Of a stretch of 64,000 nt of DNA, positions 48,052 to 57,097 are shown piece after piece. Source of the stretch: Prevotella sp. (lineage in GTDB: Bacteria > Bacteroidota > Bacteroidia > Bacteroidales > Dysgonomonadaceae). The notes below the pieces were generated by a model, which was not told where the DNA came from, made no database searches, and saw nothing but the letters and a program-made list of their open reading frames with translations. Within the stretch, counting starts at the first letter, position 1. Every line of letters starts with the position of its first letter. The translations under genes and the position numbers were made by a program. The stretch is from NCBI GenBank assembly GCA_031285625.1, contig JAITVV010000053.1, positions 1 to 64,000 on the forward strand. The letters are read 5' to 3'.

Positions 48052-50643
48052 TTAATTACCGACTTGTAACTCGTAACTGCCCACAGGGCGAAGTAACTTG
48101 TAACTACTTTTCAATCGGATATCGGCAGACGAAGAGCCAACCATAAATTCATAGTTGCCGTGAGGCACAATGAATTGTCCGCTCTCAGTGTCCCAATATC
48201 TTAACAGGTCTTTCCTTATTTCGATTTCGATATTTCTGGTCTCTCCCTTTTTGAGGGTATTACGCTGAAAGCCTTTGAGTTCTTTTATCGGTGTAAACTC
48301 TCCGGTATGAGGTAGTTTTACATATACCTGTGAAACTTCATCGCCATTCATTTTACCTGTGTTTTTCAGGTTGAACGACACTTTTACGGTGTTTCCGTTA
48401 TCACTTATTTTCAGATTGTTATAAGCAAAAGTTGTATAGCTTAATCCATACCCGAAAGGATATAGTGGTTTACCTTTAAAGTATTGATACGTCCTGCCTT
48501 TAGAGATATCGTAATCATCAAATGCAGGCAGTTCATCAAGGCTATTGTAGTAGGTTATCGGCAGCCGTCCTCCGGGATTGTAGTCTCCAAATAATACTTC
48601 GGCTACCGCAGTTCCCCCTTGCTCGCCCGGGTACCAGGCATTCACTATGGCAGGGATATTCTCGTCCATCCAGTTGATAGCCAAAGAGCTACCTGCAACA
48701 AGTACTACAACAATATTAGGATTCACTTTGTATATTTCCTCTATAAATTCCATCTGGTCGACAGGCAGGTGAATGTCATACCTGTCTTGCCCTTCACGTT
48801 CTATTGTTTTATTGATACCCAGTACGGCAATCACACGTTCACATTCGCGCACAGCCTTGCCGGCTTCACCATACATATCGAGGCGTTCTTTTGTATCTAT
48901 TGCCGGTACTTTCCAATATAATTTAGCAACTGCATTGTCGCGGTTATTGAAATACTCGGCTTTGATGTCATATTCTTTTCCGGCTTCGAGACGGAGGCTG
49001 ACCGAGTCGGTCGAAATACTTCTTTCATGCCATTCATCAATCAGTTTTTTATCATCTATGAAAAGGCGGCATCCATCATCCGCATTGAAATAAATCGTAT
49101 AGTCTCCCGATACGGCAGGTTTTAATTTTCCTGTCCAGCGTATAGAAATAGGAAATGGAGGAATAAACGGGTCGGGCGCCTGATTTGCAGGCTCGAAGTT
49201 TATCCATTCTTCGGTGCGTGTTTTAGCGTTACCTGTAAGTTCCATATTGGTAAAGTATTCCGTTTTCAGTCCACCGGGAAAATGTGTTGCAGATATCATT
49301 TCTTTTCCGTCCATAGCTGATTTCCACGGGGCATAGACAATCTTCACCTTATCTCCTACCTTATCTTTTATCCCTTGCAAAACCGATACCGGAGCGTTGG
49401 CAGGTATGCCGCTATAATCTCCAAACTCAGAGTTGCCTGCATTGATACCGACAACAGCTATGGATTTTACTTTTTTAGGATTGATAGGCAGGGCATTGTT
49501 CTTATTCTTCAACAAGACAATACTCTGGCGGGCAGACTCCAAAGCCAGTTGCTTGTGTGCTTCGGAACCGACCACAGAAGGAGAGATTTTGTTATAAGGA
49601 TTTAGGGTTGGGTCGTCAAATAAACCTAAATGCATACGGGCTCTCAATACCCTGTATGCAGCCGTGTCTATATCGGCTTGCGATACCATATATTGGTTAT
49701 AAGCGTTCAGCAGCGGTTGCATATATACATCATCGCCACATTCGAGGTCGAGCCCTGCCTTGATAGAAAGCGTGGCGGCGGCTTCTTTTGTTTTCACATA
49801 TTTCATAGCCGACACCAAGAGGCTTGGTCCTCCACAGTCGGAAACCACATAGCCGTTAAAGCCCCAGTCGTGTCGCAGGACTTTGGTCAGCAGCCACGGA
49901 TTAGCCGTGCAAGGCACATCGTTGATAGCATTATATGCTGACATAATGGAAGCGGATTTTCCTTCCCTGACACACATTTCGAATGCAGGGAAATAGTATT
50001 CCCGCAGTTGCTTTTCTGAAATCTGCGGATTGCAGACAAAGCGGTTATGCTCCTCGTTATTGGCGGCGAAATGCTTCGGTGTGGAAACGATTTTCAGGTA
50101 GCGAGGGTCATTGCCTTGCAGCCCTTTTACAAAGGCTGTTCCTAATACACCCGATAGGTAAGGGTCTTCTCCGTATGTCTCGGGTGTGCGTCCCCAACGC
50201 GGGTCGCGTGCCATATTAACGGTCGGTGACCAGAAGGTAAGCAGGTCGGTAAAACGCTGTGTTTGCAGCCTACCTTGTTCCAGTTCGTTCCAACGTCCGC
50301 GCGCCTCATCCGAAATAGCTGTGGCTATCCGGTAATGCAGGTCGGGATTCCACATACTGGCAAGTCCTATAGCCTGCGGAAATACGGTAAAGCGTCCCGG
50401 GCGTACTACGCCGTGCAGGGACTCGTTGCCGTGGTAATATTTGGGTATTTGCAGGCGCTCTATACCAGGAGAGGTTGCTCTTAGTAAACTGATTTTTTCC
50501 TCTATGGTTAATTGGGACAATAAGTCCATGATACGGTCGTGCGTAGGCGCACTCTCGTCCAGATAAATGTCTTTCTTTTGAGCATTTGCTGATGATAAGA
50601 CAAATAGAAAGCAAATAAGTATGATTCCCTTGTATATTTTCAT
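48052..50643 (-). CDS. glycoside hydrolase family 3 (beta-xylosidase-like) with PA14 domain
   Basis: NESLHG, WSPTVNMARDPRWGR, ETYGEDP, VVSDCG, YPFGYGLSYT. Start refined to MKIYK at 50643. Confidence 0.93.
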   Translation of the reverse strand: MKIYKGIILICFLFVLSSANAQKKDIYLDESAPTHDRIMDLLSQLTIEEKISLLRATSPGIERLQIPKYYHGNESLHGVVRPGRFTVFPQAIGLASMWNPDLHYRIATAISDEARGRWNELEQGRLQTQRFTDLLTFWSPTVNMARDPRWGRTPETYGEDPYLSGVLGTAFVKGLQGNDPRYLKIVSTPKHFAANNEEHNRFVCNPQISEKQLREYYFPAFEMCVREGKSASIMSAYNAINDVPCTANPWLLTKVLRHDWGFNGYVVSDCGGPSLLVSAMKYVKTKEAAATLSIKAGLDLECGDDVYMQPLLNAYNQYMVSQADIDTAAYRVLRARMHLGLFDDPTLNPYNKISPSVVGSEAHKQLALESARQSIVLLKNKNNALPINPKKVKSIAVVGINAGNSEFGDYSGIPANAPVSVLQGIKDKVGDKVKIVYAPWKSAMDGKEMISATHFPGGLKTEYFTNMELTGNAKTRTEEWINFEPANQAPDPFIPPFPISIRWTGKLKPAVSGDYTIYFNADDGCRLFIDDKKLIDEWHERSISTDSVSLRLEAGKEYDIKAEYFNNRDNAVAKLYWKVPAIDTKERLDMYGEAGKAVRECERVIAVLGINKTIEREGQDRYDIHLPVDQMEFIEEIYKVNPNIVVVLVAGSSLAINWMDENIPAIVNAWYPGEQGGTAVAEVLFGDYNPGGRLPITYYNSLDELPAFDDYDISKGRTYQYFKGKPLYPFGYGLSYTTFAYNNLKISDNGNTVKVSFNLKNTGKMNGDEVSQVYVKLPHTGEFTPIKELKGFQRNTLKKGETRNIEIEIRKDLLRYWDTESGQFIVPHGNYEFMVGSSSADIRLKSSYKLLRPVGSYELQVGN

Positions 50644-50659
50644 TGTTATTGTATTATTC

Positions 50660-50740
50660 TCTTTGTCATTCTGAGTGCAACGAAGAATCTCGACCCTCAA
50701 AGAGATAAGAGATTCTTCACTTCGTTCAGAATGACAAAGA
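50660..50740. repeat. REP-like element copy 8
   Basis: TCTTTGTCATTCTGAGTGCAACGAAGAATCTC...GAGATTCTTCACTTCGTTCAGAATGACAAAGA. Confidence 0.85.
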
Positions 50741-50772
50741 GGGTTTTATTGTTAACTGATGATTGTTAACTG

Positions 50773-52080
50773 TCACTCTGTTCCTAAATTTCCGTTTATA
50801 TAACTACTCTTTGCATTATTGTTGATGCGTACCTTTCCTTTAATAGTGTTTTCGCTGACAATGGCACGGTCTACATTGCTGCCGATGGATATTTGCGGGC
50901 TGTCGTGCATAAAGTCGCATCCACGGACAGATACAGAGCCGCTGTTGACCTGTATGGCGCTCCGGTTTTCTTTGTCCCTGTCCCACTGAACGAAGATACA
51001 GTCAGAGAAACCGACTGTGCCCTGTCCGTTGATTTTGGCTATCTGCTCGCATGGCCCCCAGAAAGCACTGTTTACAAAGCGTACATTTCCTTTATTAGCA
51101 TCCGTAACCACTACCATTGTAGGGTCGTCGCCATGCATCGCAACAAATTCGCCGTTGGTAATAAGTATTCCATAAGCAGCACTCTGATCTACTTTAACAG
51201 CAGTGTGGCATGCATCGGCTCCGATGCCTAAGAAGTTCCCGTTGCAGGAGCCGGTGCTACCCTGGCTTGCTCCAAACTTATAACCAACATTGTATCCGAA
51301 GCAGAATGTGTTGAGTACATAGTGCCAGTCGGTGCGCTCGAAGATAAATGCTTCGCCGTGTTCCCTTTGCCAGTTGTAAAGGGTAGGCTTCATGCTCCAC
51401 CATGGGTTCCAGTGTACATTTTCTATTCTGCCTATATCATAAATTGCATCCACATAAATTCCCCTGCGCAATGGCTGTCCACTGATATTGCGGATGAGCG
51501 CGCGTTCGTTATGCGAGGCATCGATTGCGTTGTAAGGGTTCAGCATTTCCACATCGAGCAAAGCCGGGTTTTTTCCTTTCATAGCTACTCCCCACGGATA
51601 TGCATCAGGCACTTTGTCTGGGTCTTGCAGTGGCCAGTACATCACTACTCCGCGTAGCGTACTGTTTGTATTGATTGTGATAGCCGGAGTAGCATCAATA
51701 TCTTTTCCTTTGCCTCCTGTAATTAGCAGGGTAGTGCCATCTTCGCCGGGTTTAGGGAGTCCTGCATTGCGGATTCCATTGTGTGAAGGAACGGATTCGA
51801 AAGCCCCTTTCAGGGTAACAGCCTGGGGTATATTCAGTGAACCAGCGATGAGATATGTACCATTTGGTATATATACCGTTCCGCCCCTTTTCCCAAAAGA
51901 GTCCATTGCTTTCTGGATAGCATTGGTATCATCCGTTTTTCCATCGGCTTTTGCCCCGAAATCAAGAACCGAAACTATGTCTTTAGATTCGGGATGTGGC
52001 TTGATATCTGCATTTCTTTGTTGTGCAGTAAGGCTGGCCATTACAAGAAACAGTAATGGTAAAATGAATAATTTTTTCAT
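50773..52080 (-). CDS. right-handed beta-helix carbohydrate-active protein (Pectate_lyase_3/GH28-related N-terminus)
   Basis: VSVLDFGAKADGKTDDTNAIQKAMD..GGTVYIPNGTYLI motif and beta-helix repeats. Confidence 0.75.
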   Translation of the reverse strand: MKKLFILPLLFLVMASLTAQQRNADIKPHPESKDIVSVLDFGAKADGKTDDTNAIQKAMDSFGKRGGTVYIPNGTYLIAGSLNIPQAVTLKGAFESVPSHNGIRNAGLPKPGEDGTTLLITGGKGKDIDATPAITINTNSTLRGVVMYWPLQDPDKVPDAYPWGVAMKGKNPALLDVEMLNPYNAIDASHNERALIRNISGQPLRRGIYVDAIYDIGRIENVHWNPWWSMKPTLYNWQREHGEAFIFERTDWHYVLNTFCFGYNVGYKFGASQGSTGSCNGNFLGIGADACHTAVKVDQSAAYGILITNGEFVAMHGDDPTMVVVTDANKGNVRFVNSAFWGPCEQIAKINGQGTVGFSDCIFVQWDRDKENRSAIQVNSGSVSVRGCDFMHDSPQISIGSNVDRAIVSENTIKGKVRINNNAKSSYINGNLGTE

Positions 52081-52090
52081 GATAATATAT

Positions 52091-52168
52091 ATTAGCGAAT
52101 TAGCGAATTAGCAGATTAGCAGATTCATTCTTACATTTCCGAATCTGCTAATTTTCGAATTTGCTAAT
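52091..52168. repeat. hairpin built from 7-8-bp ATTAGC(G/A) tandem units
   Basis: ATTAGCGAATTAGCGAATTAGCAGATTAGCAGATTC ... GAATCTGCTAATTTTCGAATTTGCTAAT. Confidence 0.7.
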
Positions 52169-53876
52169 TACCAGTTATTCCATTTTCATTGAAAGCATCT
52201 ATCGAAAAATAGTAATTTGAATCCCTGTTGAAGAATCGTCCTTCGAATGAGTTATCATAAACCATAATAGCGTTTTTCAGCTGGCCGGGTTTTACTCCCC
52301 AGCGAAGGATATATCCGTTGGCATTCTCTATTTTATTCCATGTGATTCTGAAAATACGGCTGTCATCCTTATCTCTTTCAATCTGTAGCTCTGGTGTTCT
52401 TTTTGGCACTTTTCCTTGTCCGTGACCAAATACACGAAGGTCGTACAGCGAAAACTTGCCTTCCATATCTTTTGTGTTCAGGATACGGATGTACCTTGCT
52501 TTAACAGGTTTGTCCAAAACGGCCAACTCATGGGGCATATCTTTGGCGTTTGAAGTTTTGTCTATAATTGTTTTCCAATTACTACCATCATCAGAGCATT
52601 CGATATAATATTGGTAGATTGGAGGTGTATCAGTTCGTTTAGTTGTAAAATCGTGGTCTGCAAAATTAATTTGTATGGCATTTACTTTCATTTTTTTACC
52701 TAGGTCTATCTGGTACCATTCGCCTTTGTTTCCGGAAATGGCTGCCCACCATGTTTCCACCTTCTCATCAGTAGCCTTTTCGGGCTCATATCCGGTAAGA
52801 AAAGATGAGGCGGTTGCTTTCTTACTATATGAAAGCATATTCCACGACATAGAGCAATCATTATTCTCCAAGTCTGTTTTCCTGTCGGGAATGCTGAATG
52901 GATAGTCTGTGAGCACGGTGTGAGCATGCAGGTTGTCCCCGGCTGTCATATAGGTGGGAAACAGTCCTATCCTCCGCTCAAACATATGGCGTACAGATAT
53001 TGTCATTGTAGCCACATGCCAGTAGTTGCCATATTTGTCTTTGAATGTATGTCCATGTCCTGAGCCTCCTATAAAACCTCCCGGTTTGAAAGAGAACGGA
53101 CTGCTTTCGACATAGGTGTATGGCCCCAGAGGTTTATCGGAGATATATAAACCATCGCCATAGTTGCGGTATTCTGTTCCGGGAGCGGCATATTGCAGGT
53201 AATACATTCCCTTGTGCTTCACAATACAAGGACCTTCATTATAACCTGCTTTTCCGGACTGATTATCTTTCCCCTGAACTTCCCATCCATACTTGTCTGG
53301 ATTGTGTTCGATCAATACTTTGGCTTCTCCTATTACTTTAAATTTGTCTTTAGGATCTACTTCCACACCGATGATAGGGTCTTTGTCCGAACAGCCCCAA
53401 TACAGATATACCCGTCCATCATCGTCAAGAAAGAAAGCGGGGTCTACAGATCCTGCTATCTGAAATTCAAACTTGGAGCCTATGTCTTCCCAGGCATCAA
53501 TGTCCGGATTTGTATTTCTGAAAATTTTGGGTTCACTCGAACTCATAAAATACATAGTATCATCCATAATTAACACCGTTGGTGCATAATGCTCTATGGT
53601 ACTGATTGTCTTAATAGGGACGAAAGTCCATTCGACTAAATCGGGGGAGCTCCAATAGCCCCCTGATTTAGATGCGAATAAGTAATACTTACCCTTAAAA
53701 TATTCAATAACCGGATCGGCAGCCTCTCTTCTGCTCTCTCCATCCAACTGAAAGCGGTAATTCAGATTCAGGGGATTGGCTATTATGCGCTTATCTCCGG
53801 TCTGACTATTTAGGTAAAGGTTACTCAAGAAAAATAAACCTAAAAGAATTATTTTAAATATGGATGTTTTTTGCAT
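52164..53876 (-). CDS. GH43 glycoside hydrolase with F5/8 type C (CBM32) and Fn3-like domains
   Basis: ANPLNLNY, REAADP, YAP, VDPAFFLDDDG, NEGP; discoidin motif WYQIDLG. Confidence 0.88.
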   Translation of the reverse strand: MQKTSIFKIILLGLFFLSNLYLNSQTGDKRIIANPLNLNYRFQLDGESRREAADPVIEYFKGKYYLFASKSGGYWSSPDLVEWTFVPIKTISTIEHYAPTVLIMDDTMYFMSSSEPKIFRNTNPDIDAWEDIGSKFEFQIAGSVDPAFFLDDDGRVYLYWGCSDKDPIIGVEVDPKDKFKVIGEAKVLIEHNPDKYGWEVQGKDNQSGKAGYNEGPCIVKHKGMYYLQYAAPGTEYRNYGDGLYISDKPLGPYTYVESSPFSFKPGGFIGGSGHGHTFKDKYGNYWHVATMTISVRHMFERRIGLFPTYMTAGDNLHAHTVLTDYPFSIPDRKTDLENNDCSMSWNMLSYSKKATASSFLTGYEPEKATDEKVETWWAAISGNKGEWYQIDLGKKMKVNAIQINFADHDFTTKRTDTPPIYQYYIECSDDGSNWKTIIDKTSNAKDMPHELAVLDKPVKARYIRILNTKDMEGKFSLYDLRVFGHGQGKVPKRTPELQIERDKDDSRIFRITWNKIENANGYILRWGVKPGQLKNAIMVYDNSFEGRFFNRDSNYYFSIDAFNENGITGN

Positions 53877-53878
53877 GA

Positions 53879-56140
53879 TTACAATTTTTCGGCAGATGGT
53901 GGTGCATCATTTGCCCCCCATGCCTTGTTTGCTTTGTTACCCATTACCAGTACAAGCTTAGCTCCGTTTTCAATATCGGAATGGCTGAACCAGGGTTTGT
54001 TCCATTCCTGGCCATTGAGAGTGGCTGACTGGATATATTTATTATCATCAGAATAATTCTGAGCTTCTATTTCAAATACTTTTCCGTTACTCATTGTCAT
54101 TTGTGAATGAGCAAAGAAAGGACTTCCTATATTATAGACAGGCATACCAGGTGTTACAGGATAGATCCCCATCATAGAGAATACAACGAAAGCCGATGTA
54201 CCACCTCCGTCTTCATCGCCGGGAAGACCCATCAAGTCGTTTCTGAACCATTGGTTTATGAGAGTATGGATACGTTTCTGGGTTTTCCAAGGTTGTCCTG
54301 CATAATTGTACAGGTATGGAATGTGCAGGCTTGGTTCGTTTGCCATAGAGAACTGTCCTACATTACCTGTATGATCCGGTAAATGAGAGTAGAATGTATA
54401 TTTACCTTCACCTAATGGTTCTACAAACATCTGGTTCAGGTTATTGATAAACTGTTCGTTCCCGCCCATCAGGCTGATCAGGTCGGCTACATTGTGAGGA
54501 ACATCCCAGCGATAAACCCAACCATTGTTTTCTCCGTAGTACTCACGTGCACCCATGCCTCCATCGAAGCGGTAGTCGAACGGTTCTATGAATTTGCCGT
54601 CTTTGTCTTTAGGGTGAAAGAAAGCTGTTTCAGGATTGTAAACATTGCGGTAGTTGTATGAACATTTCAGATAATAATCTGCTTCTTCATTTTTACCAAG
54701 TGCTTTTGCTATTTGTCCCAGACACCATTGGTCGTATGCTGTACCCAGTGTAACTGCAATCGGTTGTCTTTTTTCGAAAGAGTTTACATTGGCTACAGTT
54801 TCTTTTTCTCCAGGATATAGTGCCGGAATGTAACCTTTTTCTTTATAGAATTCGTCCAACCATCCTGCAGGAGCACCCGACCAAGGAATCAGTGTTTTTT
54901 CTTCCATTCCTTTTTTACATGCGATGTATGCTTTTTCCAGGTCAAATCCTTTCAAGCCTTTTACATAACCATCGATAACGGTAGCAACAGCATGATTCGA
55001 ATTCATCCGACGCGAGTCTCCTGTTACTTCGGGGAATGTAGGCATCCAGTTGGTACCCATTTGTTCTGCCATCAGCAGGAATGAGTTGATAATATTTACT
55101 TCTTCTTCGGCATCGATCATCACTCGCAATGGGTGAGTTGCACGATAGGTATCCCATATCCAGTCGTCGGTGTAGAACGGTTTACCTCCGTCTTCATGTA
55201 CTTTTCCGTCGAATGCGCTGAAATAACGTCCGTTTTCGCTGATGCACACAGGGCGTTCAAAACAACGATACAGAGATGTATAGAATACAGTCTTGTCTGT
55301 ATCGTTGTCTCCACCAACTTTGATCTTACCTAAAGCCTCATTCCATATAGTCCGGCCTTTTTCAGCCAGTTGTTTCACATTATAATCTTTTTGTTCGCGT
55401 TGCAGATTATTTTTTGCTTGTTCTTCGCTAATAAATGAGATACCATAACGGATATTGATTGTTTGTGGTTTATCCCCATAATACAGGGCTACACAAGCAT
55501 TTTTACCCTCTAAGTTTTTTTCATTTTCGACGATCACATTGTCTCTTAGTACACCGGATTGAACAGGTGTTTGTTCTGTTTCCAGATATATATAAACATT
55601 GGTATTATTTGCTAGTTTTTGGAATCCGCTCACTGTGTTTCCTTCCACTTTCATTCCTCCGTTGCGGGAGTTGAGTATAAGGTAAACCGGTGTTTCAGGC
55701 AGGGTATAATCTATCTGATAGATTGCGGATTGGTGAGATAGTGCATATGTAACATGCGTTTGCTGGTCGTCCAGATCTACTTCATAGCTGTACGGTGTCA
55801 GTTTTTCCCTGTCATAACTGTACGATACAACCGGGGTTATTTTACTTTTGTCTCCCTGGTACGGGCTGAGGTTGAAAGCAGAACTTCCTCTGTGGCTTGT
55901 AACTATTAGGGGCAATCCTTTAATTACATCTCCCGTAAAATCGCCACGTTCGGGATATACCCTCAACATACTGTTCGGCATGTGGATAGTAGGGTAGGTT
56001 GGTACCAAAAGGTGACTTATGTTTCCCATGTATGGGTTCACATAATCAACCGGAGCTTTGTCTGTTCTACTCTTATCGGTCGCTGTACAAGCCGATAAAA
56101 TAAGAATACAAATAAAAAAGAATACTTTACTGAGTTTCAT
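53879..56140 (-). CDS. glycoside hydrolase family 92 (alpha-mannosidase family)
   Basis: DYVNPYMG, FYTSLYR, WDTYRA, NEPSLHIPYLY, PGDEDGG, GIYPVTPG. Confidence 0.92.
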   Translation of the reverse strand: MKLSKVFFFICILILSACTATDKSRTDKAPVDYVNPYMGNISHLLVPTYPTIHMPNSMLRVYPERGDFTGDVIKGLPLIVTSHRGSSAFNLSPYQGDKSKITPVVSYSYDREKLTPYSYEVDLDDQQTHVTYALSHQSAIYQIDYTLPETPVYLILNSRNGGMKVEGNTVSGFQKLANNTNVYIYLETEQTPVQSGVLRDNVIVENEKNLEGKNACVALYYGDKPQTINIRYGISFISEEQAKNNLQREQKDYNVKQLAEKGRTIWNEALGKIKVGGDNDTDKTVFYTSLYRCFERPVCISENGRYFSAFDGKVHEDGGKPFYTDDWIWDTYRATHPLRVMIDAEEEVNIINSFLLMAEQMGTNWMPTFPEVTGDSRRMNSNHAVATVIDGYVKGLKGFDLEKAYIACKKGMEEKTLIPWSGAPAGWLDEFYKEKGYIPALYPGEKETVANVNSFEKRQPIAVTLGTAYDQWCLGQIAKALGKNEEADYYLKCSYNYRNVYNPETAFFHPKDKDGKFIEPFDYRFDGGMGAREYYGENNGWVYRWDVPHNVADLISLMGGNEQFINNLNQMFVEPLGEGKYTFYSHLPDHTGNVGQFSMANEPSLHIPYLYNYAGQPWKTQKRIHTLINQWFRNDLMGLPGDEDGGGTSAFVVFSMMGIYPVTPGMPVYNIGSPFFAHSQMTMSNGKVFEIEAQNYSDDNKYIQSATLNGQEWNKPWFSHSDIENGAKLVLVMGNKANKAWGANDAPPSAEKL

Positions 56141-56246
56141 AATAGGTTAATTTATTAATTTGAATTTATTCACAAATACAAAGTAAACCTCATTCAATTA
56201 ATAGTTAGATTAATTCTGTATTAATATTCAGAAAAAAGTAGAATAA

Positions 56247-56287
56247 ATTTCACTAATCCGGAGTATACTATTCCGGATTAGTGAAAT
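56247..56287 (-). terminator. long hairpin after susC-susD-DUF3823
   Basis: 16-bp stem ATTTCACTAATCCGGA / TCCGGATTAGTGAAAT. Confidence 0.7.
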
Positions 56288-56297
56288 GTTTAATCAG

Positions 56298-57077
56298 TTA
56301 TTCGCACTTAAATTCGATTATTTCAGAATAATTATATTTCTGACTAGCATCATTTACATTGGCACCAATTCTCGCGCGGTAGGTATAGCCTGAATTCTTA
56401 ATAAGTCCAAGTTTAAATCTATACGTATCACGCCCGATACCAGTGGTCATATCGCCTATATCCGCCCAAGTTTTATTCAATTCAATCTTGTTCGCATTAT
56501 TGTTCTGCTCACTAATTTCGCCGATGTTGGCGCTTGCTCCACAGAATGGTGTCCAACTGATGAATGGTTTGATTTCTCTCACGTTAGGTAGACCTTCGGT
56601 AATAGGCGCTTTCAATTTACAACTCATATGGAGGGTATCTACCTTAGTACCATTATCTTTCGTCGTAGTAACCACTTCCCATGTGAGATCTGTAATCTGT
56701 AAATAAGGAGTTACCTCAAAGTCATGGTTCAGTGTACCTTTAAGTACATGGCCCTCTGTTCTTTCCACCGGCCAGAAAGGCCCATTGAAAGGTTGCATCG
56801 CATACGTTGCGTCAAAGAGCCGGATATCCTGATAAGTACCATCTTGCTTCACTGGAATGTCTTGTGGCGAAACTGCATCACCCCAGCTTGTTTCCCATAT
56901 CCGAATTTGGAAATCATCCGTACTGGTAAGAAGATTCTGACCGGCAGTCTTATCTTTCACATTTCCCTTCATAGCCGAAGAGGGAGCATCGTAGTTGTCG
57001 ACATCGGTAAAGCAAGATGACAACATCAAGGTTGATCCTACTACCACCAACAATTTATATAATAATTTTCGTTTCAT
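56298..57077 (-). CDS. DUF3823 domain lipoprotein (SusE-position)
   Basis: LSSC..DNYDAP, VKQDGTY..LFDATY...GPF, FEVTPY. Start refined to MKRKL at 57077. Confidence 0.8.
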   Translation of the reverse strand: MKRKLLYKLLVVVGSTLMLSSCFTDVDNYDAPSSAMKGNVKDKTAGQNLLTSTDDFQIRIWETSWGDAVSPQDIPVKQDGTYQDIRLFDATYAMQPFNGPFWPVERTEGHVLKGTLNHDFEVTPYLQITDLTWEVVTTTKDNGTKVDTLHMSCKLKAPITEGLPNVREIKPFISWTPFCGASANIGEISEQNNNANKIELNKTWADIGDMTTGIGRDTYRFKLGLIKNSGYTYRARIGANVNDASQKYNYSEIIEFKCE

Positions 57078-57097
57078 ATCTGTTATTTTATTAATTG

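Noticed and set aside
42527-50700. N-terminal extensions MRVEILR(Y/C)TQNDKE on the esterase and GH3, MTKRQ on GH31, and ORF 45404..45700
   Set aside because: They are translations of the REP arm. Downstream ATGs give normal signal peptides.
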